This document shows positions 29,401-38,634 of a DNA stretch of 64,000 nucleotides, in pieces; position 1 is the stretch's first letter, and each line of letters starts with the position of its first letter. The position numbers and the translations under genes were made by a program. The stretch comes from a virus: IMG/VR virus record IMGVR_UViG_3300047510_001668, positions 1-64,000 of that record. One strand, given 5' to 3'. The notes beneath the pieces are model-generated. The model saw nothing but the letters and a program-made list of their open reading frames with translations. It was not told the DNA's origin and searched no databases.

Positions 29401-30439
29401 CACGGAACAATCCAGCATGTCGGTATGTGCCATCATTGTAATTACCTGCAAATCCCAAGTCAGGATGAGTCACCGTTGATCCACTATTCAAGTAAATCAT
29501 GTTATCTTCCACGGCAAGATTCGTGGCGTTGATGGTCACGGTGGTGCCTGATACTGTTAGATTACCATCAATTTGCAAGTTGCCTGTGACATTGACATCA
29601 TCATCCATCACCGTGGTGCCACCTGTGGAATCCAGGGTCAAGTTGCCTGCACTGGTGTCAATCTCACCGGCGGCAGTGACGCCTACTCTAATATTATCTG
29701 CTGTGACACCGGCAAATGTCACATTGTCAGTTGTAGCAACAGCCTGTCCAATTGAAACCTGACCTGAAGAAATTGCAACACCCGTACCTGCTGAGAAGTG
29801 AGCGCGAACTTCAGATGCTGAAGGGCCTGTGTATGTAATAACTCCTGTGCCTGAGGTATATGATAGGCTACCATCACCACCGGCATCCGTGACGCTGATG
29901 GCGGCTCTGGCACGACCATCCGTGTACCAAAGATTTACAGGTGACCCATCTTCAGCAATATCATCTGTGACCAGAGTTCTTGTGCCACCCAAGGCAGTTG
30001 AAGTGCCGTTGATGGTGATGCTGCTATTGGTCAATGATGCATTGGCGATGTTACTTAAGGTGTTGTTTGCTCCACTAATTGTTTTGTTGGTGAGAGTTTG
30101 TTCACCTGTTAATGTTGCAACCGTGTTATCAATAGAAACAGTCACGGCAGCAGTTTCTGTGCCAGACCCGGTGACGGTGATACCTGACCCAGCTGATATT
30201 GTGGCCACGTAATTGCCTGTGGTGTCAGTACCCAGGGCTACGGTGTTGCCTGACACGGTGGCAGTCAGCGTGACATTTTCACTTCCATCAATACTCACGT
30301 TCCCTGATAAATCACCACCCAACGTGATGGTTCGAGCATTTTGCCAAGTGGATGCTGTGGCGGCATTTGTAGTGATGCTACCTGTACCACTGACATTTTG
30401 CGCTAATCGTCCCAGTTTTCTATTGAATGATTCCGTCAT
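26405..30439 (-). CDS. Long tail fibre 2 with S74 chaperone domain
   Basis: N-terminus paralogous to fibre 1 (MTESFNRKLG vs MTESISRKFS); C-terminal AYSDRRIKKD...GVGLIAQDVEEVLPELV...AVSYGNFVAVLIEAIKE. Confidence 0.9.
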   Translation of the reverse strand: MTESFNRKLGRLAQNVSGTGSITTNAATASTWQNARTITLGGDLSGNVSIDGSENVTLTATVSGNTVALGTDTTGNYVATISAGSGITVTGSGTETAAVTVSIDNTVATLTGEQTLTNKTISGANNTLSNIANASLTNSSITINGTSTALGGTRTLVTDDIAEDGSPVNLWYTDGRARAAISVTDAGGDGSLSYTSGTGVITYTGPSASEVRAHFSAGTGVAISSGQVSIGQAVATTDNVTFAGVTADNIRVGVTAAGEIDTSAGNLTLDSTGGTTVMDDDVNVTGNLQIDGNLTVSGTTVTINATNLAVEDNMIYLNSGSTVTHPDLGFAGNYNDGTYRHAGLFRDESDGRWKFFHQYTPEPDASAYIDITHASFALAPVQASSFIGSLTGNASTASAWATGRTLTLSGDVTGTSAAFDGSGNISISTTIAADSVALGTDTTGDYVATVAVSGTGLSVSGSGENATYTITSNATSANTASTIVARDGSGNFSAGTITAALSGNASTATNVAWSGITSKPTTLSGFGITDALPISGGSLTGNLQFGANLLQFDQSGTRSWSVRATGGNLDVASGDGNGAFRYNGNAIWTAGNDGAGSGLDADLLDGYSSATAATANTIVLRDSGADITGRYFFGVHFNQSSSNSENPTIAAFWTNSSSDNYNRKSTPAHVISQLGLLTTSNYSSYALPLSGGTLTGGLTITGADLVLNTGGVNTYGLIRGYPNTNHLITMRANITGATAGNGSPTYTAGHQMCLVEYAEANDTTGWFFKSSQPATYTEVARITRSGITWSGNTVLHAGNVSTYALPIGGGTLTGGRSIELNTGGGYIAMRGEVGGWSMGTYFQGSAGTTRAGFGALGGNDALTWAWIGTGYDGAWMTLNGSAINSLVALQQGGNQVLHAGNVGSYAWTSTNDGAGSGLDADLVDGYHVGTSTSTIPLINSSRNISISSPESYSGEIRLGAAWNRGGIYGDNSISVSTESGKFIDHVHNNTTTMRHVSDANGSRVVIGSGQTSFPYTLVDANARPTMYLRGQYPALVLDHTATGNTSHGPTIQFAHDGLGARQWLIGTSGDGTKFDMGFSSGDFGNTDYNPHNGIAGYAGATFMTVRTNGRMGFGWDADWGAYGANSEPLHRFHFIGSFSGTNHVYLFRNTSSAAGNAATAMFVNTHGDHSWGVVAEFRIDSGAGYDKPSILFSQGQNNNTYTIGFGYNDAEYFRVNRDHGWRNGGWGTTVLSIDRSGNGVFAGNVTAYSDRRIKKDIKNIENGLELVQRLQGVTYKLIENDKAGVGLIAQDVEEVLPELVLEVPTTTGEMRKAVSYGNFVAVLIEAIKEQQKQIDELKKSRGIE

Positions 30440-30453
30440 AGGTATCCTCTAAA

Positions 30454-30879
30454 TTAACAAGTACAACTGTATTGAGCATCTATTACACCACTGCTATTGG
30501 TGGTGTAGATGTAGGTGCCATCATAGAATACAGCATTGGTCCAAGGACTGCTGGTGTTGTTGGTGTTGTACATCACACAACTTGTGGATAAAGACCCACA
30601 ATTGCTATATTTTTGTGTTCCTGTGAATCCACAACAATCATACACCGTGGACATCACCTGAACAAACACACCATACACAGACACTGCATTATGATTGTAT
30701 CCATACCATTCATTCATGGAATTCGGGGTGGCGCCGTCAGGACGAGATGTTGATGCCGTATTGATGGCACCATACGACCCGGATTCTGCTTGATTCAACC
30801 CAATGGTTGCTGTCCCTGAACGACCCAATTCAACATTGATGTTGTTCATGGAAATAGCGCCGTTTGTTTGTAATGTCAT
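30454..30879 (-). CDS. Small fibre-tip/adhesin-like protein
   Basis: N-terminal MTLQTNGAISMNNINVELG...PDGATPNSMNEWYGYNH motif shared with 46984..51219; Cys-rich C-terminal domain. Confidence 0.7.
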   Translation of the reverse strand: MTLQTNGAISMNNINVELGRSGTATIGLNQAESGSYGAINTASTSRPDGATPNSMNEWYGYNHNAVSVYGVFVQVMSTVYDCCGFTGTQKYSNCGSLSTSCVMYNTNNTSSPWTNAVFYDGTYIYTTNSSGVIDAQYSCTC

Positions 30880-30904
30880 ATGAGTATACTCCTGAAAGTA
30901 TGAC

Positions 30905-30912
30905 TATTTATT
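30905..30912 (-). promoter_or_regulatory. T4-like late promoter variant (AATAAATA)
   Basis: 26 nt upstream of ATG 30879. Confidence 0.5.
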
Positions 30913-30917
30913 CGTAG

Positions 30918-33900
30918 TTAATTGTTCTCTAATTTGTTGATACGAGTTGTTAACACTTCATTTTCTTTCTTCAATTCCTTGATGGCTTCAATTAACAGAC
31001 CCACCATGTTTCCATATGCCACATGTTTGATACCTGAGGAATTTTCTTCCACAACTTCAGGAAGAACTTGTTCCACTTCTTGTGCAATCACACCTGCATG
31101 ACGTTTTGTTGTGTCTCCTGTGTCATTGCGTGTGTACGTGATGCCACGAATGTGTTGAACTTTATCCAGAGCATTTTCAATGTTCATGATGTTTTCTTTT
31201 AATCGAACATCAGAATATGCCGTGATGTTGCCTGATGCTGTGATGCCACTGCTATTGAATGTCACGGTCCAGGTGCTGCCATAACCCACGTTATCAAATT
31301 GGAAGGCGCTGGCGTTGATGGTATGATTACCGCCACTTGTATAATGACGAGATCCCCAACTATTAGCATTTCCAACTGTTCCACCCATGTAAAGGTAATT
31401 GCCCCCATTGCCAATATGCACATATCCATTCACGCTCAAGGCAACATCAGGCGCATGACTTCCTCCAATACCCACGTTGTTCAAGAAACGATGATTTCCT
31501 CGGTGGGACACTTTGATGGCTTTCCATCCAGAGATGTACGAGGTATTTTGTCCTCCATAATTGAACAAAGCTTGTGGTGTCCAGTATTTGGTACCCGACA
31601 CGAATTGTCCTGTGGAACTACCGAACCCTCCAATATACCCTACATATCGTGTCCATGAAGTTCCAGGATAGGATCCTAACATCACCCAATAGCCATAGGA
31701 CCCAGGATTTCCTCCAAGACTACTAAAGCTTGCATTGTAATCTATGGACCCCATGTAATGTCCATTGGTACCAGCCACGTCCTTGATCCAACATTCCATC
31801 ATGAACACATCATCTTGATCCACAGGAATGTATGGAAACCCTGAATTGTATACACCACCCACATATACAGGACCTGAAAGTTGTATGGCATATCCTCCTG
31901 GAGCTGTTGAATCAGACACCCAAGATACACTACTTGAACCAAAATATTCTTGCAGTTCAGATTGACTCCATGTGGGGTCAATTTCAAATACGGTTTCACC
32001 TGGTGTGTAATGTCCTAGAGGATAATTCTGGTCACTAGACACTCTAACATTGGTGCGTCGTACTCCTCCATAAAAATCTACTGTATCTCCAAAATATGCG
32101 CCGCCGGTGCCTAACACATAAAATGTTCTTGTTCCTGAAGCATTTAAACCTGTAAAATTAAAATATGCATTGTTAGTAACTCGAGCACCGAAGGCATTGT
32201 ATCCTGATAGATAAGAACTCACCGCACCCGAATCAACACTTCCACCTACATTAAGTGTTCCTGCTGTTGTAAGTTCCATTCTTAATGTGGCAGATCCATT
32301 AGTATAAAACTTAAGACTATTACTTGTTTCTGATGCAATTGCTAAATTGTTAGATGACCCAGATCCTGTCCAATTTTTTTCGTATCCAATAAATGCAGAC
32401 CTAGTTCCGCCGGTTTCATCAACTACCAATCCAAGCATTCTAGCATAGCCAGTAATATGAAGTGCTTGTGATGGACTTGATGTACCTACACCTAAACTAC
32501 CTCGAATGTATACATTACCACTGTCATAGATAATCATGTTGTTGTAAGCATCATTACTACTATTGAATCTATAACCAGTGGCACTATCAGCAGTGAAATA
32601 TGCGGTGGAGTTTAAACGAACAACGCCAGTTAGTGTCCCTCCGCTTAGAGGTAACGCATATGAACCATAGTTGCCTGAATGAAGTGCAGTATATGCAGTG
32701 CCGCCTCCATAGGTACCACTATAAATGTAAAAGACACCACTTTCATGATAATACTTCCAGCCGTAGGTGTGATTGTAAAATCCAGTAGTATTTCCAGTAG
32801 TCATCCATCCTGCGTTACCTACACCGGTGGAAAACATGGCTCCCCAATATCCGTTTCTACTTCCATCCACCATGAATGACCCATAGGTTGTGGCACTAGG
32901 GTACATATGAGTCATGGATCCTGAACTTGGGAAATATAATCCGTATGCTGTTCCACCATGGAAATGAGCCCAGGTGTAAAAATTCACATAGGAACTTGCT
33001 GTTGTGCTAAAACGACTACCATTAACTTCAGTGGAAGTTCCTCCGTTAGCCGGAGCAGAACCTGCAGTTCCTGTCACATTGATGCTCCAAGTACCTGAAG
33101 CACCTGTTCCTGTCAATGTTGGTGAATATGAGTTGTAATTGCCTGCATGAAGGATAATATTTCCACTTGGACCTGTGAGGCTACCTCCTTGGGGAGCAAT
33201 ATTAATGGTAGACCCATTGATATTAAGAATTCCATATGATGTCGTATCGCGGTTGTATGCGATAAGGTATCCTTGTCCACCGCTTATACCGGCTTCAGTC
33301 GCAAAACCAGTCGCAGCATTGCCGCTGTACCACCCAGTGAATCTTCCTTGCCCGGTGGTGCTGATGTCGCTAGTAAACGCACGCTGCGATGTTGTTGTGG
33401 CATTTCCACTTAATGCTGCCGTGATGGTGCCTGCCGTGAAGTTGCCAGAGCTATCCCGAGCTACAATTGTACTTGCTGTATTAGCACTTGTGGCATTGCT
33501 TGTGACCGTGAATGTGACAGCAGATGATCCGTTATAGGTTTGTGACCCAGATAATCCCGTGCCCGATACAGCCAATGTTAGTGTATCTAAATTTGTTCCT
33601 AGTGCTTTACCTGAAATGGTACTGTTGGCCAACTTGTTGTTGGCGATACTTCCTGCCAGCATGGCGTTAGTAACTGTTCCCGTATCTGTTGTATATACAC
33701 CATTAGTAACAGTTGACGCATTGCCACTCAATGTGGCTGTAATTGTTCCAGCACTGAAGTTGCCACTGGCGTCACGTGCCACAACTTTTGATGCTGTATT
33801 GGCACTGGTGGCATCCACCGCCAATGTTAAGGCAGCTCCTTCGGACCCACCGTTGCCGCCTGTGATGTAACTACCGTTCGTGATGCTGGCAACGTAATTT

Positions 33901-35588
33901 CCTGTGGTGTCAGTACCCAATGCCACACTATCAGCAGCAATCGTGGTGGTAATGCTGATGTTCCCTGACCCATCAAATGCAGCACTTGTGCCTGTGACAT
34001 CACCCGACAATGTTAATGTACGTGCCGTTTGCCATGCAGTAGCTGTTGAAGCATTTCCAGTGACGTTACCTGTCACACTACCTATAAACGATGATGCTTG
34101 AACTGGCGCTAAAGCAAACGAGGCATGAGTGATGTCAATGTACGCCGAGGCATCAGGCTCAGGTGTGTACTGATGAAAGAACTTCCAACGACCATCTGAT
34201 TCATCTCGAAATAATCCAGCATGTCGGTATGTACCATCATTGTAATTACCGGCAAATCCCAAGTCAGGATGTGTGACAGTTGACCCAGAGTTGAGATAAA
34301 TCATGTTATCTTCAACCGCTAAGTTTGTGGCATTGATGGTCACAGTGGTACCTGACACGGTCAAGTTGCCGTCAATCACCATGTTACCCGTCACGTTCAC
34401 ATCATCATCCATGACAGTAGTACCACCTGTGGAATCAATGGTGAGATTTCCCGCAGAGGTATCAATTTCACCGGCGGCAGTGACACCAATACGAACATTG
34501 TCTGCCGTAACACCTGCAAATGTCACATTGTCAGTAGTGGCAACAGCTTGTCCAATTGAAATTTGTCCGGATGTGATGCTGACACCTGTACCTGCCGAGA
34601 AGTGAGCGCGAACTTCAGCAGCACTGGGTCCTGTATAAGTGATGACACCCGTACCTGAATTGTAACTTAAACTTCCGTCGCCCCCTGAATCAGTAACACT
34701 AATGGCAGCACGACTTCTTGTGTCCGTGTACCAAAGATTGATGGGACTGCCATCTTCAGCAATGTCATCTGTGACCAATGTTCTGGTGCCACCTAACGAT
34801 GTGGCAGTGCCATTGATGGTGATGCTGCTGTTGGTTAATGAACTGTTACCAATGTTACTTAATGTATTATCAGCTCCGCTGATGGTCTTGTTAGTGAGAA
34901 CTTGTGTTCCCGTCAATGTGGCAACAGTACTATCAATGGCGAACTGTCCTGACGTATAAGTTAATCCTGTGCCAGCACTTAAATGTGCGCGAACTTCTGT
35001 GGCGGAAGGACCTGTATAGGTGATGATACCAGTGCCATTATCATATGACAAACTTCCGTCACCGCCTGAATCCGTAACGCTGATGGCAGTTCTGGCACGA
35101 CTGTTTGTGAACCAAAGATTGACAGGTGTACCATCTTCTGAAATATCATCCGTGTACAATGTACCAGAAGCACCCAACGCCACCGACACACCATTGAAGG
35201 ATACACTGCTATTGGTGAGTGAACTGTTCCCAATGTTCGAGAGAGTGTTATTGCTTCCCGAAATTGTTTTGTTGGTAAGTGTATCCGATGTGGCTCTTCC
35301 CACCAATGTGTCAGTTGATGTTGGGAGTGTCAAGGTCCCAGTGTTACTGATACTGCTAATGATGGGTGAGGTTAATGTCTTGTTGGTAAGAACTTGTGAC
35401 CCAGTAAGAGTCACTAATGTATCATTACCTGCGGGGAGTGTAAGTGTAGCTGTGCCAGAAATGGCAATGGTCAAATCACCCGTCCCGGAAAGCCCTAGAC
35501 TGTTACCAGAGGCTCCAAGATTCGTGATGGTTTGATTATTGTTATCTAGCCCATTTTTTGCTACAAACCTTTTGTTAGTTGTCGCCAT
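30918..35588 (-). CDS. Long tail fibre 3 with S74 chaperone domain
   Basis: MATTNKRFVAKNGL start; shaft blocks shared with fibres 1 and 2; AYSDVRLKEN...HAGVIAQEVEQVLPEVV...VAYGNMVGLLIEAIKEL. Confidence 0.9.
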   Translation of the reverse strand: MATTNKRFVAKNGLDNNNQTITNLGASGNSLGLSGTGDLTIAISGTATLTLPAGNDTLVTLTGSQVLTNKTLTSPIISSISNTGTLTLPTSTDTLVGRATSDTLTNKTISGSNNTLSNIGNSSLTNSSVSFNGVSVALGASGTLYTDDISEDGTPVNLWFTNSRARTAISVTDSGGDGSLSYDNGTGIITYTGPSATEVRAHLSAGTGLTYTSGQFAIDSTVATLTGTQVLTNKTISGADNTLSNIGNSSLTNSSITINGTATSLGGTRTLVTDDIAEDGSPINLWYTDTRSRAAISVTDSGGDGSLSYNSGTGVITYTGPSAAEVRAHFSAGTGVSITSGQISIGQAVATTDNVTFAGVTADNVRIGVTAAGEIDTSAGNLTIDSTGGTTVMDDDVNVTGNMVIDGNLTVSGTTVTINATNLAVEDNMIYLNSGSTVTHPDLGFAGNYNDGTYRHAGLFRDESDGRWKFFHQYTPEPDASAYIDITHASFALAPVQASSFIGSVTGNVTGNASTATAWQTARTLTLSGDVTGTSAAFDGSGNISITTTIAADSVALGTDTTGNYVASITNGSYITGGNGGSEGAALTLAVDATSANTASKVVARDASGNFSAGTITATLSGNASTVTNGVYTTDTGTVTNAMLAGSIANNKLANSTISGKALGTNLDTLTLAVSGTGLSGSQTYNGSSAVTFTVTSNATSANTASTIVARDSSGNFTAGTITAALSGNATTTSQRAFTSDISTTGQGRFTGWYSGNAATGFATEAGISGGQGYLIAYNRDTTSYGILNINGSTINIAPQGGSLTGPSGNIILHAGNYNSYSPTLTGTGASGTWSINVTGTAGSAPANGGTSTEVNGSRFSTTASSYVNFYTWAHFHGGTAYGLYFPSSGSMTHMYPSATTYGSFMVDGSRNGYWGAMFSTGVGNAGWMTTGNTTGFYNHTYGWKYYHESGVFYIYSGTYGGGTAYTALHSGNYGSYALPLSGGTLTGVVRLNSTAYFTADSATGYRFNSSNDAYNNMIIYDSGNVYIRGSLGVGTSSPSQALHITGYARMLGLVVDETGGTRSAFIGYEKNWTGSGSSNNLAIASETSNSLKFYTNGSATLRMELTTAGTLNVGGSVDSGAVSSYLSGYNAFGARVTNNAYFNFTGLNASGTRTFYVLGTGGAYFGDTVDFYGGVRRTNVRVSSDQNYPLGHYTPGETVFEIDPTWSQSELQEYFGSSSVSWVSDSTAPGGYAIQLSGPVYVGGVYNSGFPYIPVDQDDVFMMECWIKDVAGTNGHYMGSIDYNASFSSLGGNPGSYGYWVMLGSYPGTSWTRYVGYIGGFGSSTGQFVSGTKYWTPQALFNYGGQNTSYISGWKAIKVSHRGNHRFLNNVGIGGSHAPDVALSVNGYVHIGNGGNYLYMGGTVGNANSWGSRHYTSGGNHTINASAFQFDNVGYGSTWTVTFNSSGITASGNITAYSDVRLKENIMNIENALDKVQHIRGITYTRNDTGDTTKRHAGVIAQEVEQVLPEVVEENSSGIKHVAYGNMVGLLIEAIKELKKENEVLTTRINKLENN

Positions 35589-35600
35589 GATTCTCTATCC

Positions 35601-36731
35601 TCATGCGTTGATTGCCGTGGCAATCACTTTATAGGTTGTAACTGCATTGGTGGGTGTTGTCAGTAAACGAAGATTGCCACCAGAAACATCAGCCGTGAAC
35701 GTGGCCAAACTTCCTGATGTAGTAACGGTGCCATATTCTGTTATGAATGTATCTGTACCATCATGTATCACCATGACTTCTGTGACATGATAACTGGTAC
35801 TTGAAGTAACTTGAATGTGATATTTCACACTACGAAATGTTGAGGCAGAAATGCTATCCAACACTTGATCCACAGTGGTTGTGGAAGTTGTCAATGTCAC
35901 ACTTCTCACACCACCATTGGCAAATGTCACGCCAGCAAATGTAGGTGTAGCACCTGTGTGTATGTTTTGTGGGAGACTCAGGGTGACATCGGCAGAAACG
36001 GCACCTGACCCAACAACAGTGATTTGATTAGCGGTGCCGGTTATTGTGGACACATAGCTATCATTGGTAAGATTTAAATTCTTGTATGATAGAAGTTCCA
36101 CAACATCATTCAATGCCGCACCTGTATCAAGCACAAGACTTGTACCGTTGGTAGCGGTGTAATCATCTTCTGTCAATTTCACACCGTTCAAGAACACAGT
36201 GATGTGTCCTGCCTCATAATCCAATGTTTGAGCATTATCATCAGCACCTGTGAACGTGGTTTGTGATGCCGTGGCTGTGTATTTGTAGGTCTTGAATTGT
36301 GCAGTAATTTCATTCCAAATGTTCACAGTCTTGAATGAAACAATTTCAACCAGTTCACCCACATCGGCAGCAGTATCTAGAACAACACTTGTGCCATTGG
36401 TTGCTGTGTAATCTGATTCAGAAATTTTAATACCGTTGATGAACACGGTGAGATATCCAGGGGCGTAATCCAGGGTGTTGGCGTTATCATCAGCACCTGA
36501 GAACGTGGTTCGTGCAGACCCAGCAACAGTATAGGCAAATATTTCAAACTCTGAATTGGTGATGATACCACCTGTACTTCCTGATTGAAAGTAATCAATA
36601 GAGTTTGTATTTGTTCTATAGTATAATCTACCGTCTGTGTAATTCAGCGCCAGTTCGCCATAATCCAAATCACCGGTGGTGGGCGTTTTCGCCGCCACGG
36701 ATGACCGTTTGAGAATAACTTTATTTCCCAT
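35601..36731 (-). CDS. Fibre-base/structural protein with Mtd-N-like N-terminus and two repeated beta modules
   Basis: KVILKRSSVAAKTPTTGDLDYGELALNYTDGRLY; two copies of QTTFxGADDNxxTLDYxxGxxxVFxNGxKxxExDYTATNGTSxVLD; C-terminal FRSVKYHIQV...EVMVIHDGT domain. Confidence 0.75.
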   Translation of the reverse strand: MGNKVILKRSSVAAKTPTTGDLDYGELALNYTDGRLYYRTNTNSIDYFQSGSTGGIITNSEFEIFAYTVAGSARTTFSGADDNANTLDYAPGYLTVFINGIKISESDYTATNGTSVVLDTAADVGELVEIVSFKTVNIWNEITAQFKTYKYTATASQTTFTGADDNAQTLDYEAGHITVFLNGVKLTEDDYTATNGTSLVLDTGAALNDVVELLSYKNLNLTNDSYVSTITGTANQITVVGSGAVSADVTLSLPQNIHTGATPTFAGVTFANGGVRSVTLTTSTTTVDQVLDSISASTFRSVKYHIQVTSSTSYHVTEVMVIHDGTDTFITEYGTVTTSGSLATFTADVSGGNLRLLTTPTNAVTTYKVIATAINA

Positions 36732-36783
36732 GTACAAAGCCCCTAAAAAGGATGAAACTAGATATAAAAATACCTAGTATGAG

Positions 36784-36817
36784 AAGAACTAGAGAGGTTG
36801 TTTCCCCTCTAGTTCTT
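36784..36817 (-). terminator. Probable terminator hairpin
   Basis: Minus strand AAGAACTAGAGGGG-AAACAA-CCTCTCTAGTTCTT: 14-bp stem with one G-U pair. Confidence 0.6.
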
Positions 36818-36947
36818 TTTTTAACTTCTCAATTTCTTCAGTTAGCAACTTCACTTGTGTTGACAACATGATGTTGTCCATCATAGCGGACTTGTATCGT
36901 TCGCTTATTATAGTCATGTACTCATTCAATAATTTCGCATTATCCAT
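36789..36947 (-). CDS. Small coiled-coil protein (52 aa, below the ORF-track cutoff)
   Basis: Hand translation MDNAKLLNEYMTIISERYKSAMMDNIMLSTQVKLLTEEIEKLKKELEGKQPL*; SD AGGTG; fills the gap between two genes. Confidence 0.7.
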   Translation of the reverse strand: MDNAKLLNEYMTIISERYKSAMMDNIMLSTQVKLLTEEIEKLKKELEGKQPL

Positions 36948-36957
36948 TGTTCACCTA

Positions 36958-38361
36958 TTAATATGTACCGCCGTCAATCACGTTTGACCAAGTGGGAACA
37001 CCTGCGTTTGACTTCAAGATGTATGTGTCTGTGCCAGCTGCTGTGGCTTGAATGGCGCCTGTGCCGTTACCATACAATACACCGTTTGTGGTGAATGTTG
37101 TAGCACCTGTACCACCGTTAGGAACAGTCAAGGCCGAGGCAAGATTGGAAATGGTGCCGCCAGAAAGATTGGCGACGATGGTACCAATGGTGTATCCTGT
37201 GCCTGATGGATTCACTGTGGTTGAAGGTTCAGCTTCTAGACCTACGAAGAACTTGAAGATGTTGCTATCTGAAGCATCACGGAAGTACCCAGCATATTTC
37301 GTGGTGGCAGATTCTACATATTCACCGTACACACCTGAGTCCACAGAGTTGCCAGTGTTGTTATCAGCCAATTTCAACAATACGTCATCAATGGTGACGG
37401 TTGTAGAATTCACGATGGTGGATGAACCGTTCACTGTCAAGTTACCTGCAACAGTAACGTCAGCACCTGACAATGTGATGGCGGTTGAGCCTGATGATGA
37501 CTTGATATCATTACCTGTAACCTTCAAATCACCCACAACTTCCACATCACCTGAACCTGACATGGTAATGGCGGTTGTACCACCTGACATCTTGATGTCG
37601 TTGCCTGAAACAGTTAAATCACCTGCTACAGCAACATCACCTGAGCCAGAGAAAGTCAAAGCAGTTGTACCGCCTGACATCTTCACATCATTACCTGAAA
37701 CAGTCAAATCACCTGCCACGGCAACATCACCTGAACCTGACATGGTAATGGCGGTTGTACCACCTGACATCTTGATGTCGTTGCCACCTACTGTGATATC
37801 ACCTGTGATGGACACATCTGTGGCAAGAGCAAATGCTACTTGATTATTTGAAACTGTTGTAACAATCTGATTTGTAGTACCAGCAAATGTTAAAGTTTCA
37901 CCTGTGTTCAATGTGTCGGTGTTGGGTGTACCTTGATTGTCAGAAATGGTGATGCTGCTAACAACTTGACCCCAGGAAAGATTTCCTGAACCATCAGTTT
38001 GTAAGAAATACCCGTTGGTTGGTGTGATGGGTAAGGTGTATGTGATGTCTGCGGCCAATGTGTTTGGCGCCTTCATGATAATCTTGTTGCTACCGTTACC
38101 TGTACCTTCGAAGAATTCAACGGCACCACCCACACTTGATGTGGCAGGTGTCAAGAGTTCATCTACGGTATTGGTGTAATATTTACCACCAATCTTATCA
38201 ATAACTGCTGTGGTGCCGTCGGATGCAATGCTTTCGATATACAGAACAGCACCGGCACCATTCCCGGTTCTATCTTCTGAATATGCCAACTCGCCTTCGG
38301 CAAGGTCGCCCGTGGTGGGTGCTGCCACACCAGAAGAGCGTTTAATTTGAATAACTGTCAT
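36958..38361 (-). CDS. Fibre protein with Mtd-N-like N-terminus and 30-aa tandem shaft repeats
   Basis: MTVIQIKRSSGVAAPTTGDLAEGELAYS; repeats GDLTVSGNDIKMSGGTTAITMSGSGDVAV; ends IDGGTY. Confidence 0.8.
   Translation of the reverse strand: MTVIQIKRSSGVAAPTTGDLAEGELAYSEDRTGNGAGAVLYIESIASDGTTAVIDKIGGKYYTNTVDELLTPATSSVGGAVEFFEGTGNGSNKIIMKAPNTLAADITYTLPITPTNGYFLQTDGSGNLSWGQVVSSITISDNQGTPNTDTLNTGETLTFAGTTNQIVTTVSNNQVAFALATDVSITGDITVGGNDIKMSGGTTAITMSGSGDVAVAGDLTVSGNDVKMSGGTTALTFSGSGDVAVAGDLTVSGNDIKMSGGTTAITMSGSGDVEVVGDLKVTGNDIKSSSGSTAITLSGADVTVAGNLTVNGSSTIVNSTTVTIDDVLLKLADNNTGNSVDSGVYGEYVESATTKYAGYFRDASDSNIFKFFVGLEAEPSTTVNPSGTGYTIGTIVANLSGGTISNLASALTVPNGGTGATTFTTNGVLYGNGTGAIQATAAGTDTYILKSNAGVPTWSNVIDGGTY
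37480..37800 (-). repeat. 90-bp period tandem repeat (about 3.5 units)
   Basis: The block catggtaatggcggttgtaccacctgacatcttgatgtcgttgcc recurs exactly at 37561 and 37741 with a diverged copy between. Confidence 0.85.
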
Positions 38362-38379
38362 GTCTTACTCCAAAAGTGT

Positions 38380-38634
38380 TTAGTAGGTTCCACCATCTAT
38401 GTTAGGTAAATTTAATGATAATTCTTCGGGTGATTGTGTCACCCATGTTTCTTCCACAGAATCATAAATTAAGGTGTAACCATTATCTAAATCGTTGGAA
38501 TTGACATTTTTCAATTCTTCGAGATTCACAAGTGGCAATGATACCTTACGAATTGTTGTATTGATATCAGGTGCCGCATTTCCAACAGTTGTGGTGATGG
38601 CTCTGTTGGATGATGTTCTTACTGTTAAAGCCAT
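38380..38634 (-). CDS. Small structural/hypothetical protein
   Basis: 84 aa ending IDGGTY, like the downstream fibre protein. Confidence 0.7.
   Translation of the reverse strand: MALTVRTSSNRAITTTVGNAAPDINTTIRKVSLPLVNLEELKNVNSNDLDNGYTLIYDSVEETWVTQSPEELSLNLPNIDGGTY

Noticed and set aside
22026-35588. Diversity-generating retroelement acting on the fibres or Mtd-N-like genes
   Set aside because: No reverse transcriptase in the window. The duplicated blocks are internal to coding shafts and differ at synonymous sites of all bases, not specifically adenines, and no non-coding template repeat was seen.
22026-35588. Invertible fibre cassette or shufflon
   Set aside because: All fibre genes and repeats are in direct orientation; no recombinase and no inverted crossover sites were seen.
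24478-38000. Plus-strand ORFs up to 347 aa (24760..25803, 35020..35535, 37052..37843 and others)
   Set aside because: Antisense shadows of Thr/Ser/Gly/Ala-rich fibre genes whose codon usage lacks reverse-strand stops; Val/Pro-rich with no motifs.
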